Shown here: one piece after another, positions 51,420 to 64,000 of the stretch | Layout: every line of letters begins with the position of its first letter | How positions within the stretch are numbered: position 1 is the first letter of the stretch | Assembly: GCA_963697705.1 (NCBI GenBank) | Contig: CAVOPA010000008.1 | Coordinates: 23,694-87,693 of the forward strand | Direction: 5' to 3' | Source: Vicinamibacteria bacterium | Lineage (GTDB): Bacteria > Acidobacteriota > Vicinamibacteria > Vicinamibacterales > JAENWD01 | DNA length: 64,000 nucleotides | Notes under the pieces: model-generated | Told to the model about the DNA's origin: nothing | Seen by the model: only the letters and a program-made list of their open reading frames with translations | Database searches by the model: none | Made by a program: the position numbers and the translations under genes

Positions 51420-51678
51420 TCAGAGGGCTGCCTGAACGCCCGCGACGAGAACCTTCACCAACAGCGCGAGCGGTGAGAACACCAGAAGAATGATCACGGG
51501 GAAGAGCAATGCGGCCACCACGACCAGCACTGCATCCTCGAGCCCACGCGCGAGGCGGAAGGCGCGTTCGCGTGCGGCTGCGTGTGCGGCTGGCAGCGCC
51601 GCAGCGGGGCCGGCCGCAATCCCCGTCGCGCTCGAAGCTGTCCACGGAGGATGCGAGGCCAGTGTTCTGCTCACGGGT
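51420..51678 (-). CDS. Small membrane protein downstream of the glucan synthase
   Basis: LEDAVLVVVAALLFPVIILLVFSPLALLVKVL hydrophobic hairpin; start uncertain. Confidence 0.4.
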
Positions 51679-51842
51679 GTTTCTCCGGAAATGATGCCGG
51701 CCCGATTACGTGCCTGATCAGGTCCCCACCTGGCGGTCAGGAACATCGGTCCGGAACCGTGTCTGGAGTCAGTTTGCGCCCCTGCGGTGTCTGCGGTGTG
51801 TTCAAAACTGCGCAGACACGTCAGAAGCGTCGGAGCGGCACG

Positions 51843-54800
51843 CTACGACGTGGGTCCCATCACGACTCGCACCTCGTGCGTGCGGCCGTCATCGGTGAGA
51901 GGAATGGCGGCGGCGTCGGTCGCCTCGCCATCGAGGGTTGCCTCGATGACTCCCCGGCACTGATGCGTCGGATTGACGACCGAGATCCGGTAGCGGGTGG
52001 TCTGGAACTGCCAGCAGATCTCAAACCCGGGCCACGAGGAGGGTATGCAGGGGCTGACGCTGAACGTCGCGCCACGACGCGTCAAGCCGAGGATGCTCTC
52101 GAGCCCGGCACGGTACAGCCACGCGGCTGACCCGGTATACCAGCTCCATCCGGCGCGTCCGGCATGTGGCGGCCGTGCGTAGACGTCGCCCGCGACCACG
52201 TACGGCTCGGCCTTGTAGCGGTTGACGTCCGCAGCGGTTCGCGTGTGGTTAATCGGATTCAGCATGTGAAAGAGCTCGGTGGCTTCGTCGCCGCTGCCCA
52301 GCCGTGCCAGCGCCATCACGACCCAGACCGCCGCGTGCGTGTACTGCCCGCCGTTCTCCCGGATACCCGGCGGATAGCCCTTGATGTAGCCGGGCTCCTG
52401 CGCGGAAGTGTCGAACGGCGGATCGAGCAGCAGCAGGATCTGCGATCGCCGATCGATGAGCGCCGTGCGCACCGCGTCCATCGCGCGCTCCGCGAACCGG
52501 CGCGGCACCGCGCCCGACAGCACGGCCCACGTCTGCGAGATGGAGTCGATGCGGCACTCATCGTTCTGCGCCGATCCGAGCGGCGTGCCATCGTCGTAGT
52601 ACCCGCGACGGAACCACTCGCCGTCCCACGTCAGCTCGAGCTGTGAGCCGAGACGCCGCGCCTCGACCCGATACCGCGTGGCCCGCGCGCCGTCGCCCCG
52701 CGCGTCGCACAGCCCCGCGAAATCGGTCAGCACGCCATGCAGAAAGAAGCCGAGCCACGTGCTCTCGCCGCGTCCCGCCTGCCCCACGAGGTTCATGCCG
52801 TCGTTCCAGTCGCCGCTGCCGAACAGCGGAAGCCCGTGCGTGCCCGCGGTGATGCCGTGCTCGATGGCGCGCAGGCAGTGCTCGAACAACGTCCCGTCCT
52901 CCCCTGACAGGGTCGGTGTCCCATAGGCTTCGTGTTCGTCCGCCGTGAGCAACGGCGCCTGCAGGTACGGGACGCGTTCGTCCAGCACCTGGGTGTCGCC
53001 GGTCGTGCGCACGTACTCGGCGACAACGTGGGGTAGCCAGAGCAGATCGTCGGAACACCGGCTGCGGAGCCCGCGGCCGGCCGGCTCGTGCCACCAGTGC
53101 TGCACGTCGCCTTCGACGAACTGCCGTCCCGCGGATCGCAGCAGGTGGTCGCGCGCAAGGGCGGGACGCGCGAAGGACAACGCCATCACGTCCTGCAGCT
53201 GGTCGCGGAATCCAAAGGCGCCTCCGGGCTGGTAGTAGCCGGCGCGCGTCCACAATCGGCAGCTCACGGCCTGATAGAGCAGCCACCGGTTCAGCAGCGC
53301 ATCGAACGAATCGTCTGGCGTCCGCACCTGGATTGCCTCGAGCAGGCCATCCCATGACATCTGCACCAGCGCGAGCGCAGCCTCGGCAGCGGCCACGTGC
53401 CCGTGCCGTGCGATCAGCTCCCGCGCATGGTCGCGATCGGTGCCTTCGCCCAGGAGAAAGACGAGCCGCCGGGTTTCGCCTGGTGCCAGGACGAGGCGCA
53501 CGTGGAGGCCCGCGCAGGGATCGAGGCCTCCGCCCACGCGACCCGACAGCATGTTGTGACCCAGTGCCGCTGGCCGCGAGAGCTCGCGATTGCGGCCGAC
53601 GAACGACGCGCGATCGCCGGTGACCGATACCGCCGGTTCGCTCACGTGCGAGAACGCCACGTGGCGGCCGAAGTCCTGGTTGTAGGCATTACTGGCGAAA
53701 ATCGCCCTCGTCTGAGGGTCCTGCTCGGTGACGACGTGCAGGTGCTGTCCTTCGCGCGGCGGCCCCAGTGCCCACTCGCTGTAGCCGACGATGCTCAGCG
53801 TCCGGACCGTCGGACCGTGATTGGCCAGCGTCAGGAGCGAGAACTTCACGGGATCGTCGGGATGAACGAACACGTCGAGCTCGTGGCCGATGCCGTGCGT
53901 CACGCGCGTGAAGTGCGTCAGGCCGGCAGTGTGGCGGATGAGACATCGGCCGGCCGCGGAGCCGCGGGACGCCGGTCCCGGTGTCGGTGTCCACCAGTCA
54001 CCTGAGGGGTCGTCACGCACGAAGATCGCTTCCGCGGTCGGATCGCTGACCGGGTCGTTGGCGAACGGCGTCAGGCGGTTCTCGCGGCTGTTGCCGGACC
54101 ACGTGTGCGCCGCACCAGACGCCGTGACGATCGTGCCGAACTGCGGGTTGGCGATGACGTTCGCCCAGGGCATCGGCGTTTCCCCCGCTCCGTCGAGGAT
54201 GATGGCGTAGGCCCGTGCGCCGTCAGTGAAGCCCCCGAGCCCGTTCGGCAGCGCCAGCTCCGGCAGGGGACCATCCGTGGCCGGCGTGTCGCTGGGTGGC
54301 GGCGCCGTTGGCACGAGGAGCGTCGCCGGCGGAGGCATGGGGCCGGGCCGATCGAGCAGCGTGCGCAGGTCGCCGCGGTCACCGCGCAGAATCGCACTCG
54401 CCACGGCCTCGAGCAGCACCCGCTCGGCGCGGCCCATGCGGTCGGCGCGCAGCAGATAGGCGCCTCCCGGGCGATGCTGCCACGCGCTCCACGGGCCGTC
54501 ATCGAGGATCTCCGTGAGCTGGGCCTGCATCTCGTCGAGGTAGCTGATCGGATGCTCGTTGAGGATCACGACATCGGCGCTCAGTCCCTTGAGCCGCCAG
54601 TACTCCTGGGCCTGGAGCACCTGCCGCACGAGCGATACACCGTCGTCCCCGGCGACGCAGACGAGCAGGATCGGAAGATCGCCCGAGATGGCGTGCGGCC
54701 ACAGACCCGACTGACCAAGCTCGTTCGCCGCGATCGTGTCGGCGTCCGCGCGGAGCGAGCCGTCGGTGCCGAGCACCCGCGACGCGAGGCGTTCGAAGAG

Positions 54801-57800
54801 CACGGCCTCGTCTGCCGATATGCCCAGGTACCGCAGGCCGCTTTGCGCGTGCGTGCTGGCGAGCGTGAAGGTGCGTATGGTGGCGCTCGGCTCGTGGTAC
54901 TTCCGGGCGAGTGCCTGGGCGGTGTCGCGATCGGAGGCGATGCCGGTGGCGAACGAGAGCCGCACCGCCGCCCCTGGTGATATGCGGATCCGCTGGCGCA
55001 GGCTGACAATCGGATCGAGCACGACACCCGTCGTTCCCGACAACGCGCGTCCGTCGAGCGCCTGCGGATCCCCGGGGCTCCGCCCCCGCCCCAGGAAGCG
55101 CGCCCGATCGGTTTCCCATTCGACCGGCCCCTGCGGCCGGCCTTCGAGGGTCAGCGCGTGGAACGCCCATGCCACGACCTCTTTCGGGTCCCGCCGCCGC
55201 CGATGGCAGAGCAGAGCGCTGCAGTCGGCGAGGTACTCGGTTTCGATGAACAGCTTGCCGAAGGCCGGATGCGCGAGGTCGCTGACGGCCGGCGCGAGGG
55301 CGATCTCCGCATAGCTGGTCACGTCTACCTCGCGGATGCGCGAGCCCAGGTTACGGACGGTGAGTCGCCGTACCTCGACGTCGTCTTCCGTGGAGACCGC
55401 GATGTCGAGCTGCGTCGACAGGTCGTCGTCTCGGCGGCGGAAGGTGGCCCGATCGGCCGAGAACGTCACGCCGTACTCGTCGGGTTCGCGCCGCGTCGGC
55501 TGGTACGTCGCCGACCACACGGCTCCGCTGCGCACGTCGCGCAGGTAGATGAACTGGCCGTCCGCATCCCGGGTGGCATCGCGGCGCCAGCGGGTGACCG
55601 GCAGTCCGCGCCAGACGCTGGCCCCCCCGCCTGCGTGGGTGACCGACGTGACGTAGGTGCCGTTCGAGAGGAACTGCGTGTGCGGGAACAGCGTGTGCGG
55701 CGAACGGTAGCGGCGCACGGGCACGGATGCGACGGGCGCGGCCACGCGCATCTCGTCGAGCGGACGAGGCTCAATCGTCGCCGACGTCGCGGGGGACGCG
55801 CTCCTGCAGCAGCAGCTCCGTCGCCTTGACCCTGGGCTCCGCGTGGAAGCGTTCGACCATCCGATCGTCCAGCAGCGCGTTGGCGAGCGCCACCAGCGTC
55901 ATCCCCTCGTGGTGGGCCATGTAGGCCGGAACGACCACGCCGTTCGGCCGGGCCATCGGGCGCGATGGCATCAGGCCCGCGATGCGTGTAGTCGATCGCG
56001 TCGAAGAACCCGAACTGACCCTCGACGCCCAACCCGGCGAGCCGGCGGAGGTTGGCGGTGCTCGCCGCGGGATCGATCATGACGGCCAGCGCGGACGCGT
56101 ACGGCGCGACGACGACTTCATCGCCGAGGCCCCGTTTCAGCCCGAGCCCCGGGATGCCGAACGCCTTGTACTGGTAGGTGCCGTGCCGATCGACGACGTT
56201 GTAGGCGGACTCGGAGATGCCCCAGGGCACGCCGCGCGCGGAGGCGTAGTCCATCTGCCGGCGCACGACCAGCCGGCACGAGTCGTCGAGCAGCGTGTTC
56301 GGGGAGGTCCGCATGACCAGCAGCGGCATGAGGTACTCGAACAGCGTCGCGCTCCACGAGAGCAGCACGGGTGCTCCCCGCACGCTCGTCACAGGCCGCC
56401 CGAGGTGGAACCAGTGCATCTCCGGCACGTCCCCCTTGGCGATCGCGAGGAAGCTGGCCAGCCGGGCTTCGGACGCCAGCAGATCGTAGTAGGCCGCATC
56501 CAGCCGGCCGGGGCCGTCGGCATCCGCCAGGCGGTACCCGATCGCGAACAACTGCCGGATGGGATCCAACAGGAAGCGGAAGTTCATGGCCTCGAAGAGC
56601 ACGTTCGCGCGCGTCGCCAGCGTCGGCGAGAGGTCCCGGAGCCCGACGGAAAGCGTCAGGAGGGCGCCCGCCAGGTTGCCGCTGTCCACGGTGGAGACAT
56701 AGGCGGGTGTCAGCGGCGCCAGCGTCTGCGTGTCGTACCAGTTCAGCAGGTGGCCTTCGAATCGTTCGAGCCCCTCCACGGTCGTGAGCGTGGCGTCGAT
56801 TCGTCGCAGGAGCTCCGCGGTCTCGATGAACCCCAGGTCGTGAGCGGCCAGCGTGGCGAGAAGGCCGAGGCCGATGTTGGTGGGCGACGTCCGGTGCGCG
56901 ATGGTCAGCTCCGAACCGACCTGCACGTTGTCGGGCGGCAGATCATGGTCCGCCGCACCGGCGAACGCGTCGAAGTACCCCCACGTCTTCCGCGCAACCT
57001 GCAGCAGATACGCCCGGTCGGCGGGCGTCAGCGGCGCCCGCCGGCTCGTCGTGGGGCGGCTCAATGCATACGCGATCCACGGAGCGGCTACCCACAGCGC
57101 GAGCATCGGGAGGGCGACCGGGAGCGCCGCCGGCCGCACGAGCACCACGATCAGCAGCGTCGCGATTGCCAGCAGCGGACTCGCCGCCATACCGCGAAGA
57201 AACGCGCGCCACTGCACCGGGCCGCTGCGGACGGCGCTTGCGGCCGCCGTCTCCCACTCCAGCAGGCGCCGGCGGGTGACGACGAGGCGGACGAGGGTGA
57301 TCGCAATGGCGTGCAGCCGCTCGCTCGCCTCGTTCGCCATGAAGGCGAGCTGCAGCCCACCGCGCGCCCCGGCGGTCTTCAGATCGTCGCCCGCCGTGCG
57401 CAGGAACGCGCCCCACGACTGGCCGGGGCGCTGGACCACGAAGAACCTCGAGGGCGCGTGAGAGGCTGGGGAACGCCAGTGGCAGCAGGGCGGCGGCGCT
57501 CCACGCGAGGGGGTGGCCCGGCAGGACGGTCCACCCGAGCACCAGGAGCAGGAGCGTGGCGGGCGGCACCAGGCTGCGCCGCAGGTTGTCGAGGATCTTC
57601 CAGCGCGCGATGAGCGGCAGACGATTCCGCACGATACCGGTGCGCGAGGGCACGACGGGAAACAGCCACCGGAGAATCTGCCAGTCGCCCCGTACCCAGC
57701 GGTGCTGGCGCCGCGCGTGGGCGAGCACGCTCGAGGGGTAGTCGTCCACGACCTCGACGTCGGTCGCCAGCCCCGTGCGCGCGTAGAGTCCCTCGAACAG

Positions 57801-59998
57801 ATCGTGCGAGAGCAGCGCGTTCTCCGGCACGCGCCCTTCGAGCGCCGCCGCAAAGGCATCGACGTCGTAGAGTCCTTTGCCCGTGAATATGCCTTCGCCA
57901 AACAGATCCTGGTAGACGTCCGACACGGCCGTCGTGTACGGGATCGACGCCGGTGTGGCCGGCGTACGTGCGCGCGAAGAGCGAACCCGCCGCGCTCGCC
58001 ATCGTCACGCTGACGCGCGGTTGCAGGATCCCGTAGCCTTCGGTGACGCGTCGCGACTGCGGGTCGAAACGCGGCTGGTTCAACGGGTGCGCGATGATGC
58101 CAATCAGGCGCCGTGCCGCATCGCGCGGCAGACGGGTGTCGGAGTCGAGCGTGATGCAGTAGCGGACCGAGGGCAGGACGGTGAGATCCCCCACCTGGGT
58201 CGAGAAGCTCGTGTCGGTGGCCCCTCGCAGCAGACGGTTGAACTCCTCGATCTTCCCGCGCTTGCGCTCCCAGCCGATCCACGCCTGCTCGCAGCGCATT
58301 CCACTGCCGTGCGCGGTGGAACAGGTAGAAACGGCTGCCGTGCTCGGCGTCGTACTTGAAATTGAGCGCCTCGATGCCCGACTGCGCGCGCTCCAGGATG
58401 GCCTCGTCGTCGGGTGCCGCACCCGTATCCGTGTCCGCAAAATCACTGAGAATGGCCACGTGCACGCAGGGGTCCAGGTTCCCAAGTGCCAGCACCTCGA
58501 CGTGTTCGAGCAGCGCGTCGACGCCCGCGGAGCTGGTCAACATCGTGGGGATGATGACCATCGTCCGGGCCGTGTCGGGAACGCCCTCGGAGAAGTCGAG
58601 GCGCGGCAGTCGTCTCGGGCCGACGACGAGGACAACCGCCCGGTGGACGCACGCGATCGCGAGGTCGCTTGCCGGCAGCAACATGAGCAACGCGGCCAGG
58701 AACTGCACGGACGGCGTCCCGCCCGCCTGCCGGGCGTAGGAGACCGCGGCGGCGAGCAGAAGTCCGGTCAGCGACCGCGATCGCGCCGAGGTAGAGGCCG
58801 GATGCATGACGCAGGAGGGCGCGCGTCGCGCGAATCCTCACGCCGGGCCGATACGCCAGGTCCTCTTCGAGATCGCGGCGCCCGCGGTCCACGAGGTGGT
58901 AGCCCACGTGGGCCGCACGATCACCGGTCGAGCCATCCGTGGTTGCCTGGCGGGCGTTTTCGATGGCCTTCAACGCCACCCGGATCTGACCTTCGCCGCT
59001 CGCCGGGGCCAGCGCTTCGACCGCCTGTCGCTGCTCATCCCGGCTCAGGAAGTCCATGCGTCCGTAGGCGCCTGCGGGATCGCGCTGCAGGACCTGCTCG
59101 ACCAGGCTGACCGCCTCCACGTACTCCTGCCAATCCAGCGTCGCGCACAGGCGGAGGCTCGTCACGGCGTTGGCCACCGAGACCTGTGCGACGGCCTGAC
59201 GCTGGTGCTCGCCGCGAATCGTGTCTTCGGCCGTGGTCTGCTGCGCTGCCAGGTGAGCGTCTACGGCGCTGCGCATGTCAGACAGCCGGATCCCGTACTC
59301 GCGGACGCGATGAAGCAGCTGGACGATGAACGCGGCGTCGGGGCCGGCCGGCAGCAGCCGGGCTGCTGCCGCTCTCGTCGGCTCTCGCCACGTAGCTGTC
59401 GGCGGCCCGTCGGGCAGTACGCGCGGACAGCAGTTCATCGACGAGGCGCCGCAGGTTCTCGATGAGGGCGAGCTTCAACATGCTCGGCCACGCCCACAAC
59501 TCGCCGATCGTCAGCGGCGCGACGCGCTGGTAGCTCTTCAGGAATTGGATCAGTTGCTGCCGCGTGAGCCGGCTGTCGCTGTGGCGGATCAGTTCAACGG
59601 CGATCGCGTAGACACGCGCCTGCCCGGCGTGCTCGCGAGAGGCCAGCGCAGGCAGGGTCCGATAGTAGCTGCGCGGCAGATTCCGCCGGATGTCGGTGAT
59701 CTCGGCGGTGATCAGGTGGAAGTTGTCGAGGAACCAGTCGGCCGCCGGCGGCAGAAACTGCTCCGTCCGCACATCGTCCGCCAGCGTGCGGTAGGCGGCG
59801 CGTAACACCCGCACGTTGTCCTCGAACCGCGGAAACGTGTCGCGAGCACGGCGGCGCGGGATCGGGGTCGACGGTCAAACTGGCAGCGAGCGCCAGCGCA
59901 CGCTCCTCGAGCCGCTCGATGCTCAGGAGCTCGTCGCGCAGCGGCTTCTCGGCCGCCGGCGACCGGCGCGCTCGCCGCCATCCGGCCAACCAGCTCAC
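51843..59998 (-). CDS. ndvB: Cyclic beta-1,2-glucan synthase (Cgs/NdvB/ChvB type: GT84 + glucoamylase-like + GH94), multiple frameshifts
   Basis: Pieces across frames: [93 protein letters not shown]. Confidence 0.9.
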
Positions 59999-60121
59999 GA
60001 GGGAAGCAGGTGATCGGCCGGGGGCATGCCGGTCGACGTTGCGCGCCAGTCAATTGACGAGATCAGAGGGTCAACGAGCGACATTCCGTCCTTTCAGAAG
60101 TGCTGTGTGTCGAGGGCTGAA

Positions 60122-60145
60122 GGCCAGGATGGCCGCAGAACCTAC
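60122..60145 (-). repeat. GTAG-type REP-like palindrome
   Basis: GTAG-gttctgc-GGCC-atcct-GGCC. Confidence 0.35.
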
Positions 60146-60289
60146 GAGAGCGGGGAGTGCTTGAGTATACGCTGAGCTGCCTTGAAGCGGCGAACACGTG
60201 AGCTCGCCGGGCTCCCGTGGGCGCAGAGGTAACGCTGGACCGACGCTCCTCGGCCGCATTTCCCCCGTCCGCGACACCAAGGCGGCGCG

Positions 60290-60757
60290 TTACCGCGGCA
60301 CGCGTCCCGTGCGCTGCAGCCACCACCGCATGCACCGGTGGGGCACGTCCACCGGCTCGCAGAACATCAGCGGGCAGCCTCCGACGATGCACGTGAGGCC
60401 ACGGGCCTGGCACTCATCGACGGCCGCCTCAGACACGCTGCCCTGGCCGAAGGAGCGATGAAGCCACACGCGGCGGACGCCCGCATCGGCGGCATCGCGC
60501 ACGACGTCAATGGCGGCGTTCGGATGCGTGGCGATCACCACGCCGTCCACCGGCGCGCCGATCGCGGCGATGTTCGGATATGCGCGCGCGCCCTCGAGCT
60601 CGGTCGCGTGCGGGTTGACGGGGAACACGTCGAAGCCCGCCGTGCGGAGCTTCCGGAAGACGGGGTTGCCCGCCGATGCGCCGGTGCGGGAGACGCCCGC
60701 GACGGCGATACGGCGCGACGACAGGAACTCGGAGATATTGGAAGGAAGAGGAGCCAT
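60290..60757 (-). CDS. CoA-binding protein
   Basis: RIAVAGVSR, VFPVNP, RVWLHRSFGQGSVS, GGCPLMF. Confidence 0.85.
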   Translation of the reverse strand: MAPLPSNISEFLSSRRIAVAGVSRTGASAGNPVFRKLRTAGFDVFPVNPHATELEGARAYPNIAAIGAPVDGVVIATHPNAAIDVVRDAADAGVRRVWLHRSFGQGSVSEAAVDECQARGLTCIVGGCPLMFCEPVDVPHRCMRWWLQRTGRVPR

Positions 60758-61136
60758 ATCCGCAGTATAGGGCTGCGAGTGGCCCTCGGCGCGGGTGCTT
60801 CCTGGCGTGCGCAGGGCACCCATGGTCCGAGTCCTCGCCGACCGTCGACGCGGAACGAGCGTCGTGTCGTCGATATGGATCACCGAATGGGCGTTCGCTG
60901 GTGTGCCGGATTGCACACAGGGTGAGCCGATGGGGAATATACAGTCAGTGGCGTTCCGCTTTTCTGAGTCTGTGGCCTCCACGTGGCAATCTCCACGAGG
61001 CCGCTCCAGTCGGTCAGCGAAGCCTCCATCCTGGGATGCACGCGTGGGTCAGCCGACGCTACGCGAGGTTCTGCGGTGGTCCGGAGGCGGTTCCAAACAG
61101 CTGGCGGTTTTTCGCGCAGTTGTCACAGGAGTCAGC

Positions 61137-61610
61137 ATGAATCGATTGAAAAGCGCCATGTTCGCTGTACTGGTCATCGGGAGCGCCGTGGCGCTCGTTG
61201 CGCAGGGCAACCCGACGGACAAGGCCGACACGTCCGCAAAGACAGGCAAGACCAGCGTGACGGTCACGGGTTGCGTTGCGGCGGGCACCGAGGCCGGCGG
61301 TTTCGTCCTCACGAACGCCGCCGTCGTGCCGGCTGCCACGGCTGCTACAACCGGGACGAGCGGTGTGGCGTCGCCCGCAGACGCGGCGGCTACGACCTCG
61401 TATGCGTTGACGGGCGCAAACCTCAAGGCGCACCTCGGACACAAGGTCGAAGTGACCGGCACGACGTCGCAACACGAGGCGAAGGCCACCACCGCGGCAC
61501 CGGCAGCACCGGCAGCAGATGCGAGCGCGGCGGTCCCGGCCGCGGCCTCGGCTCCCGACGCGACGCTCGATGTCAAGTCGTTGAAGATGATCGCGGCGAC
61601 CTGTTCATAG
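61137..61610 (+). CDS. Secreted hypothetical protein (OB-fold-like, Cys pair)
   Basis: AGGAG RBS, signal peptide, VTVTGCV...LKAHLGHKVEVTG...VKSLKMIAATCS. Confidence 0.65.
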   Translation: MNRLKSAMFAVLVIGSAVALVAQGNPTDKADTSAKTGKTSVTVTGCVAAGTEAGGFVLTNAAVVPAATAATTGTSGVASPADAAATTSYALTGANLKAHLGHKVEVTGTTSQHEAKATTAAPAAPAADASAAVPAAASAPDATLDVKSLKMIAATCS

Positions 61611-61852
61611 AGTCGTGATCTCGACGGGTGCGGTCGATTGAGCGACGGGGCTCAATCGACCCACCGTCGGCCGCCTGCCCCGCCGCCGGCCCTCCGCGCC
61701 CCCTCACTGATCGCGATCGAAACCCAGGATGAGGAGGATCAGCGATCAACCCAGCCCACCGGCGGGCCGTATCCCCCAGCTACGGCTGTGCCGCTGCCCG
61801 TACTCTCTCCGCAGACCTCATCAGGTACGACCCAGGCCAAATGAACACACAC

Positions 61853-62542
61853 ATGAGACTCATCGTCGCAACGGCTCTGGCATCGACACTCGCGTTTGCG
61901 CCGCTGCAGGCGGCGGACAAAGACCCCGTCCTATCGGCTGCAGGAGGCGGCGGCCGTGCTCTCGGAGGTCATGTCGGCGCCCGATAAGGGCATTCCGCAG
62001 GACCTGCTCGAGAAGGCGCACTGCATCGTGATCGTCCCCAGCCTCAAGACCGCGGCGTTCGTCGCCGGCGGAAGTACGGGAAGGGATACCTGTCGTGCCG
62101 CGACGCAAGCAAGCGGAGTTGGTCGGCGCCGGCCACCATGCGCATCGAAGGCGGCAGCGTGGGCTTTCAGATCGGCGGCTCGACGACCGACCTCGTGATG
62201 CTGGTCATGAGTGAACGCGGCGCCGACAAGCTGCTTGAGAGCAAGTTCACGCTTGGCGGAGAGGGCTCCGTGGCGGCTGGCCCGGTGGGCCGCACGACCA
62301 CCGCGCAGACTGACGCGCAGATGCACGCCGACATCCTGTCGTGGTCGCGCACGCAGGGGCTGTTTGCCGGCATGGCCCTGGAGGGAGCCACGTTGCGGCA
62401 GGACCTCGACGACAACACCACGCTCTACGGCAAGGCCCTCGAGACCCGCGAGATCGTGAAAGGCGGCGTGCGCGCACCGAAATCGGCCGACAGGCTCCTC
62501 GCGCTGCTCAACCGCTACTCGCCCAGGGAGCGCGCGAACTAA
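61853..62542 (+). CDS. Lipid-binding SYLF/Ysc84 domain protein, frameshifted
   Basis: APDKGIPQDLLEKAHCIVIVP, GGSVGFQIGG, SVAAGPVGR, SRTQGLFAG. Confidence 0.85.
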
Positions 62543-64000
62543 CCTCGATGCGACAGAACGGGCTTCGGGCTTCCGGCGTCTGGCCTTCGTGCGGGACCAG
62601 CCCGCAACCGATAGCCGATAGACGCCGGCCAGCCCTTGCCGGTTGCCACCCGCTTCGGTGCATCAACCGGAGTGAGCTGTGGGCTCAAGACCAGGGCCTT
62701 ACGCTTCCCAAGCGAGACGGCCGGGTAATAGATCCCGATCAGCTCGCGCGTCCACCAGCGGCCGGTGCGTCGGCGTTCGGCGGGCGCCGTGAAGCGGTAC
62801 GTGTAGTACTGGGCGCGGACGTACCGGGGTGGGCGATTCGGGAACGGGTTGGAGCGCAGCAGTCCCAGCACCGCTCTATCTCCCTCCAGCAGCTTCACGA
62901 GCAGCGGCGCGAACCACTCGTAGTCGCTCGGCTGCGACATCGCCGCAAACCACATCAGCCAATCGAGCCTGAGGTGGTACGGCGCTACCTGCGTCGGCAT
63001 CCAGGAGGGATCGCCTGGCTTCCCCTTGAACTCGTATTCGCGCCAGCGGGTTCGATCGGTGATCTCGCTCTCGTCGGTGCCTTCGATGACGATTTCACGC
63101 CGCTCCTTCGTGATCGACCCGAACGCACCGTAGGTGTTCACGAGGTGCAGCGGCTCGAACGACGTGTTCATCACCTGGGCGGGCGAGAGCATGTTCAGTG
63201 TCGGAGCAACGCTCAGAACACCGACCACCATCGCAAGCGCGTAGAGCGTCGTCCGACGAGCGCGGGTTGGCGGCTGCACCGTGGGTTGCCGAATCGGCAG
63301 CCAGGCGAGCCAGCGATCCGGTAACGTTGCGATTGCAAGCACGATCGTGAGCCAGTTCAGCCACGACAAATTGCCGCTCACGATCAGAATGAGTTGAAAT
63401 GCAATCGTGATCAGCCCGGCTATCGCGGCGACCGGCTGTGGTGCGAAGTAGAGCACCGGCACGCCGAGCTCGACGATGTGGTTGATCACGACGCCCGCGT
63501 GATGCACGGACGCGGGCAGCCAGTGGAAGTACCACGCGAGCGGATTCGGAATGGGCTGCGTCTCGAAGTAGTAATCGAGGCAGGTCAGATCGCGCCAGCA
63601 GGGATCGCCGCGCCATTTGATGAGACCGGCGCCGAACATCAAGCGGAACAGCACCCAGCGCAGCAGCCAGGTCATGATTGTGCCCGGGTCAGTCGAGCGG
63701 CCGCCGAGGAAGATGGCAAGAAAGCCAGTTTCCAGAAGGAGCGTCTCCCAGCCGAAGCCGTAGAAGGTCTGCCCGACGTTGACGAACGACAGGTAGAGCA
63801 CCCAGAGCGCGGCCCACACGGCGGCGCTCGCCCAGCTTCCGGCGCGCTGGGCGAGACCGCAGAGCGGCAGGAGTGAGAGCGCCAGCCCGAACCATGCGGC
63901 TGCGTTGAATGCGGTATCCGTGGGGAACAGGTAGAAGATGCTCGGCGATGCGCGAAAGGGCACCTGCTTGACCCACTCGGGCACGGGGAGCAGGCCGTGC
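62539..64000 (-). CDS. Lipase maturation factor family protein (5' end outside window)
   Basis: YGFGWETLLLETGFL, FRLMFGAGLIK, ETQPIPNP, NTYGAFGSIT, YEFKGKPGD, PYHLRLDWLMWF. Confidence 0.92.
   Translation of the reverse strand, partial: HGLLPVPEWVKQVPFRASPSIFYLFPTDTAFNAAAWFGLALSLLPLCGLAQRAGSWASAAVWAALWVLYLSFVNVGQTFYGFGWETLLLETGFLAIFLGGRSTDPGTIMTWLLRWVLFRLMFGAGLIKWRGDPCWRDLTCLDYYFETQPIPNPLAWYFHWLPASVHHAGVVINHIVELGVPVLYFAPQPVAAIAGLITIAFQLILIVSGNLSWLNWLTIVLAIATLPDRWLAWLPIRQPTVQPPTRARRTTLYALAMVVGVLSVAPTLNMLSPAQVMNTSFEPLHLVNTYGAFGSITKERREIVIEGTDESEITDRTRWREYEFKGKPGDPSWMPTQVAPYHLRLDWLMWFAAMSQPSDYEWFAPLLVKLLEGDRAVLGLLRSNPFPNRPPRYVRAQYYTYRFTAPAERRRTGRWWTRELIGIYYPAVSLGKRKALVLSPQLTPVDAPKRVATGKGWPASIGYRLRAGPARRPDAGSPKPVLSHRG

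Overview
High-GC bacterial chromosome segment. Gene content (sigma54 enhancer-binding proteins, PEP-CTERM protein, beta-helix secreted protein, DUF3500, SYLF, GTAG-type REPs) suggests an Acidobacteriota/Vicinamibacteria-like genome (inference). Many genes carry single-base frameshifts, most likely uncorrected sequencing indels. 1-33.7 kb is a large cell-surface glycan region: a sigma54-driven Wzx/Wzz/Wza exopolysaccharide operon of the PEP-CTERM-associated type, two NtrC-family activators, a sensor-less degenerate histidine kinase, GT2 and GT-C glycosyltransferases, msrPQ, a PEP-CTERM lectin, a NoeA-like protein and tRNA-fMet. 31.7-40.2 kb is a decayed accessory tract: a tRNA-Lys-like remnant, small ORFs, back-to-back gene fragments (Pnkp, ATPase-TPR, YciI, beta-helix) and a truncated IS630. 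40-64 kb holds ArsR/SRPBCC, ABC-F, a formyltransferase/deacetylase pair, an amidohydrolase/S41 peptidase pair, a DEAD-box helicase, a cyclic beta-1,2-glucan synthase and a lipase maturation factor. Best candidate for an undescribed system: a hidden 67-aa 'YLDPGTGS' membrane microprotein with its own sigma54 promoter, directly upstream of a Thr-type alkaline-phosphatase-superfamily membrane transferase, plus a paralogous transferase and a kinase-like/methyltransferase (NoeA-like) fusion. Together these form a putative glycan phospho/methyl-phosphate decoration module.
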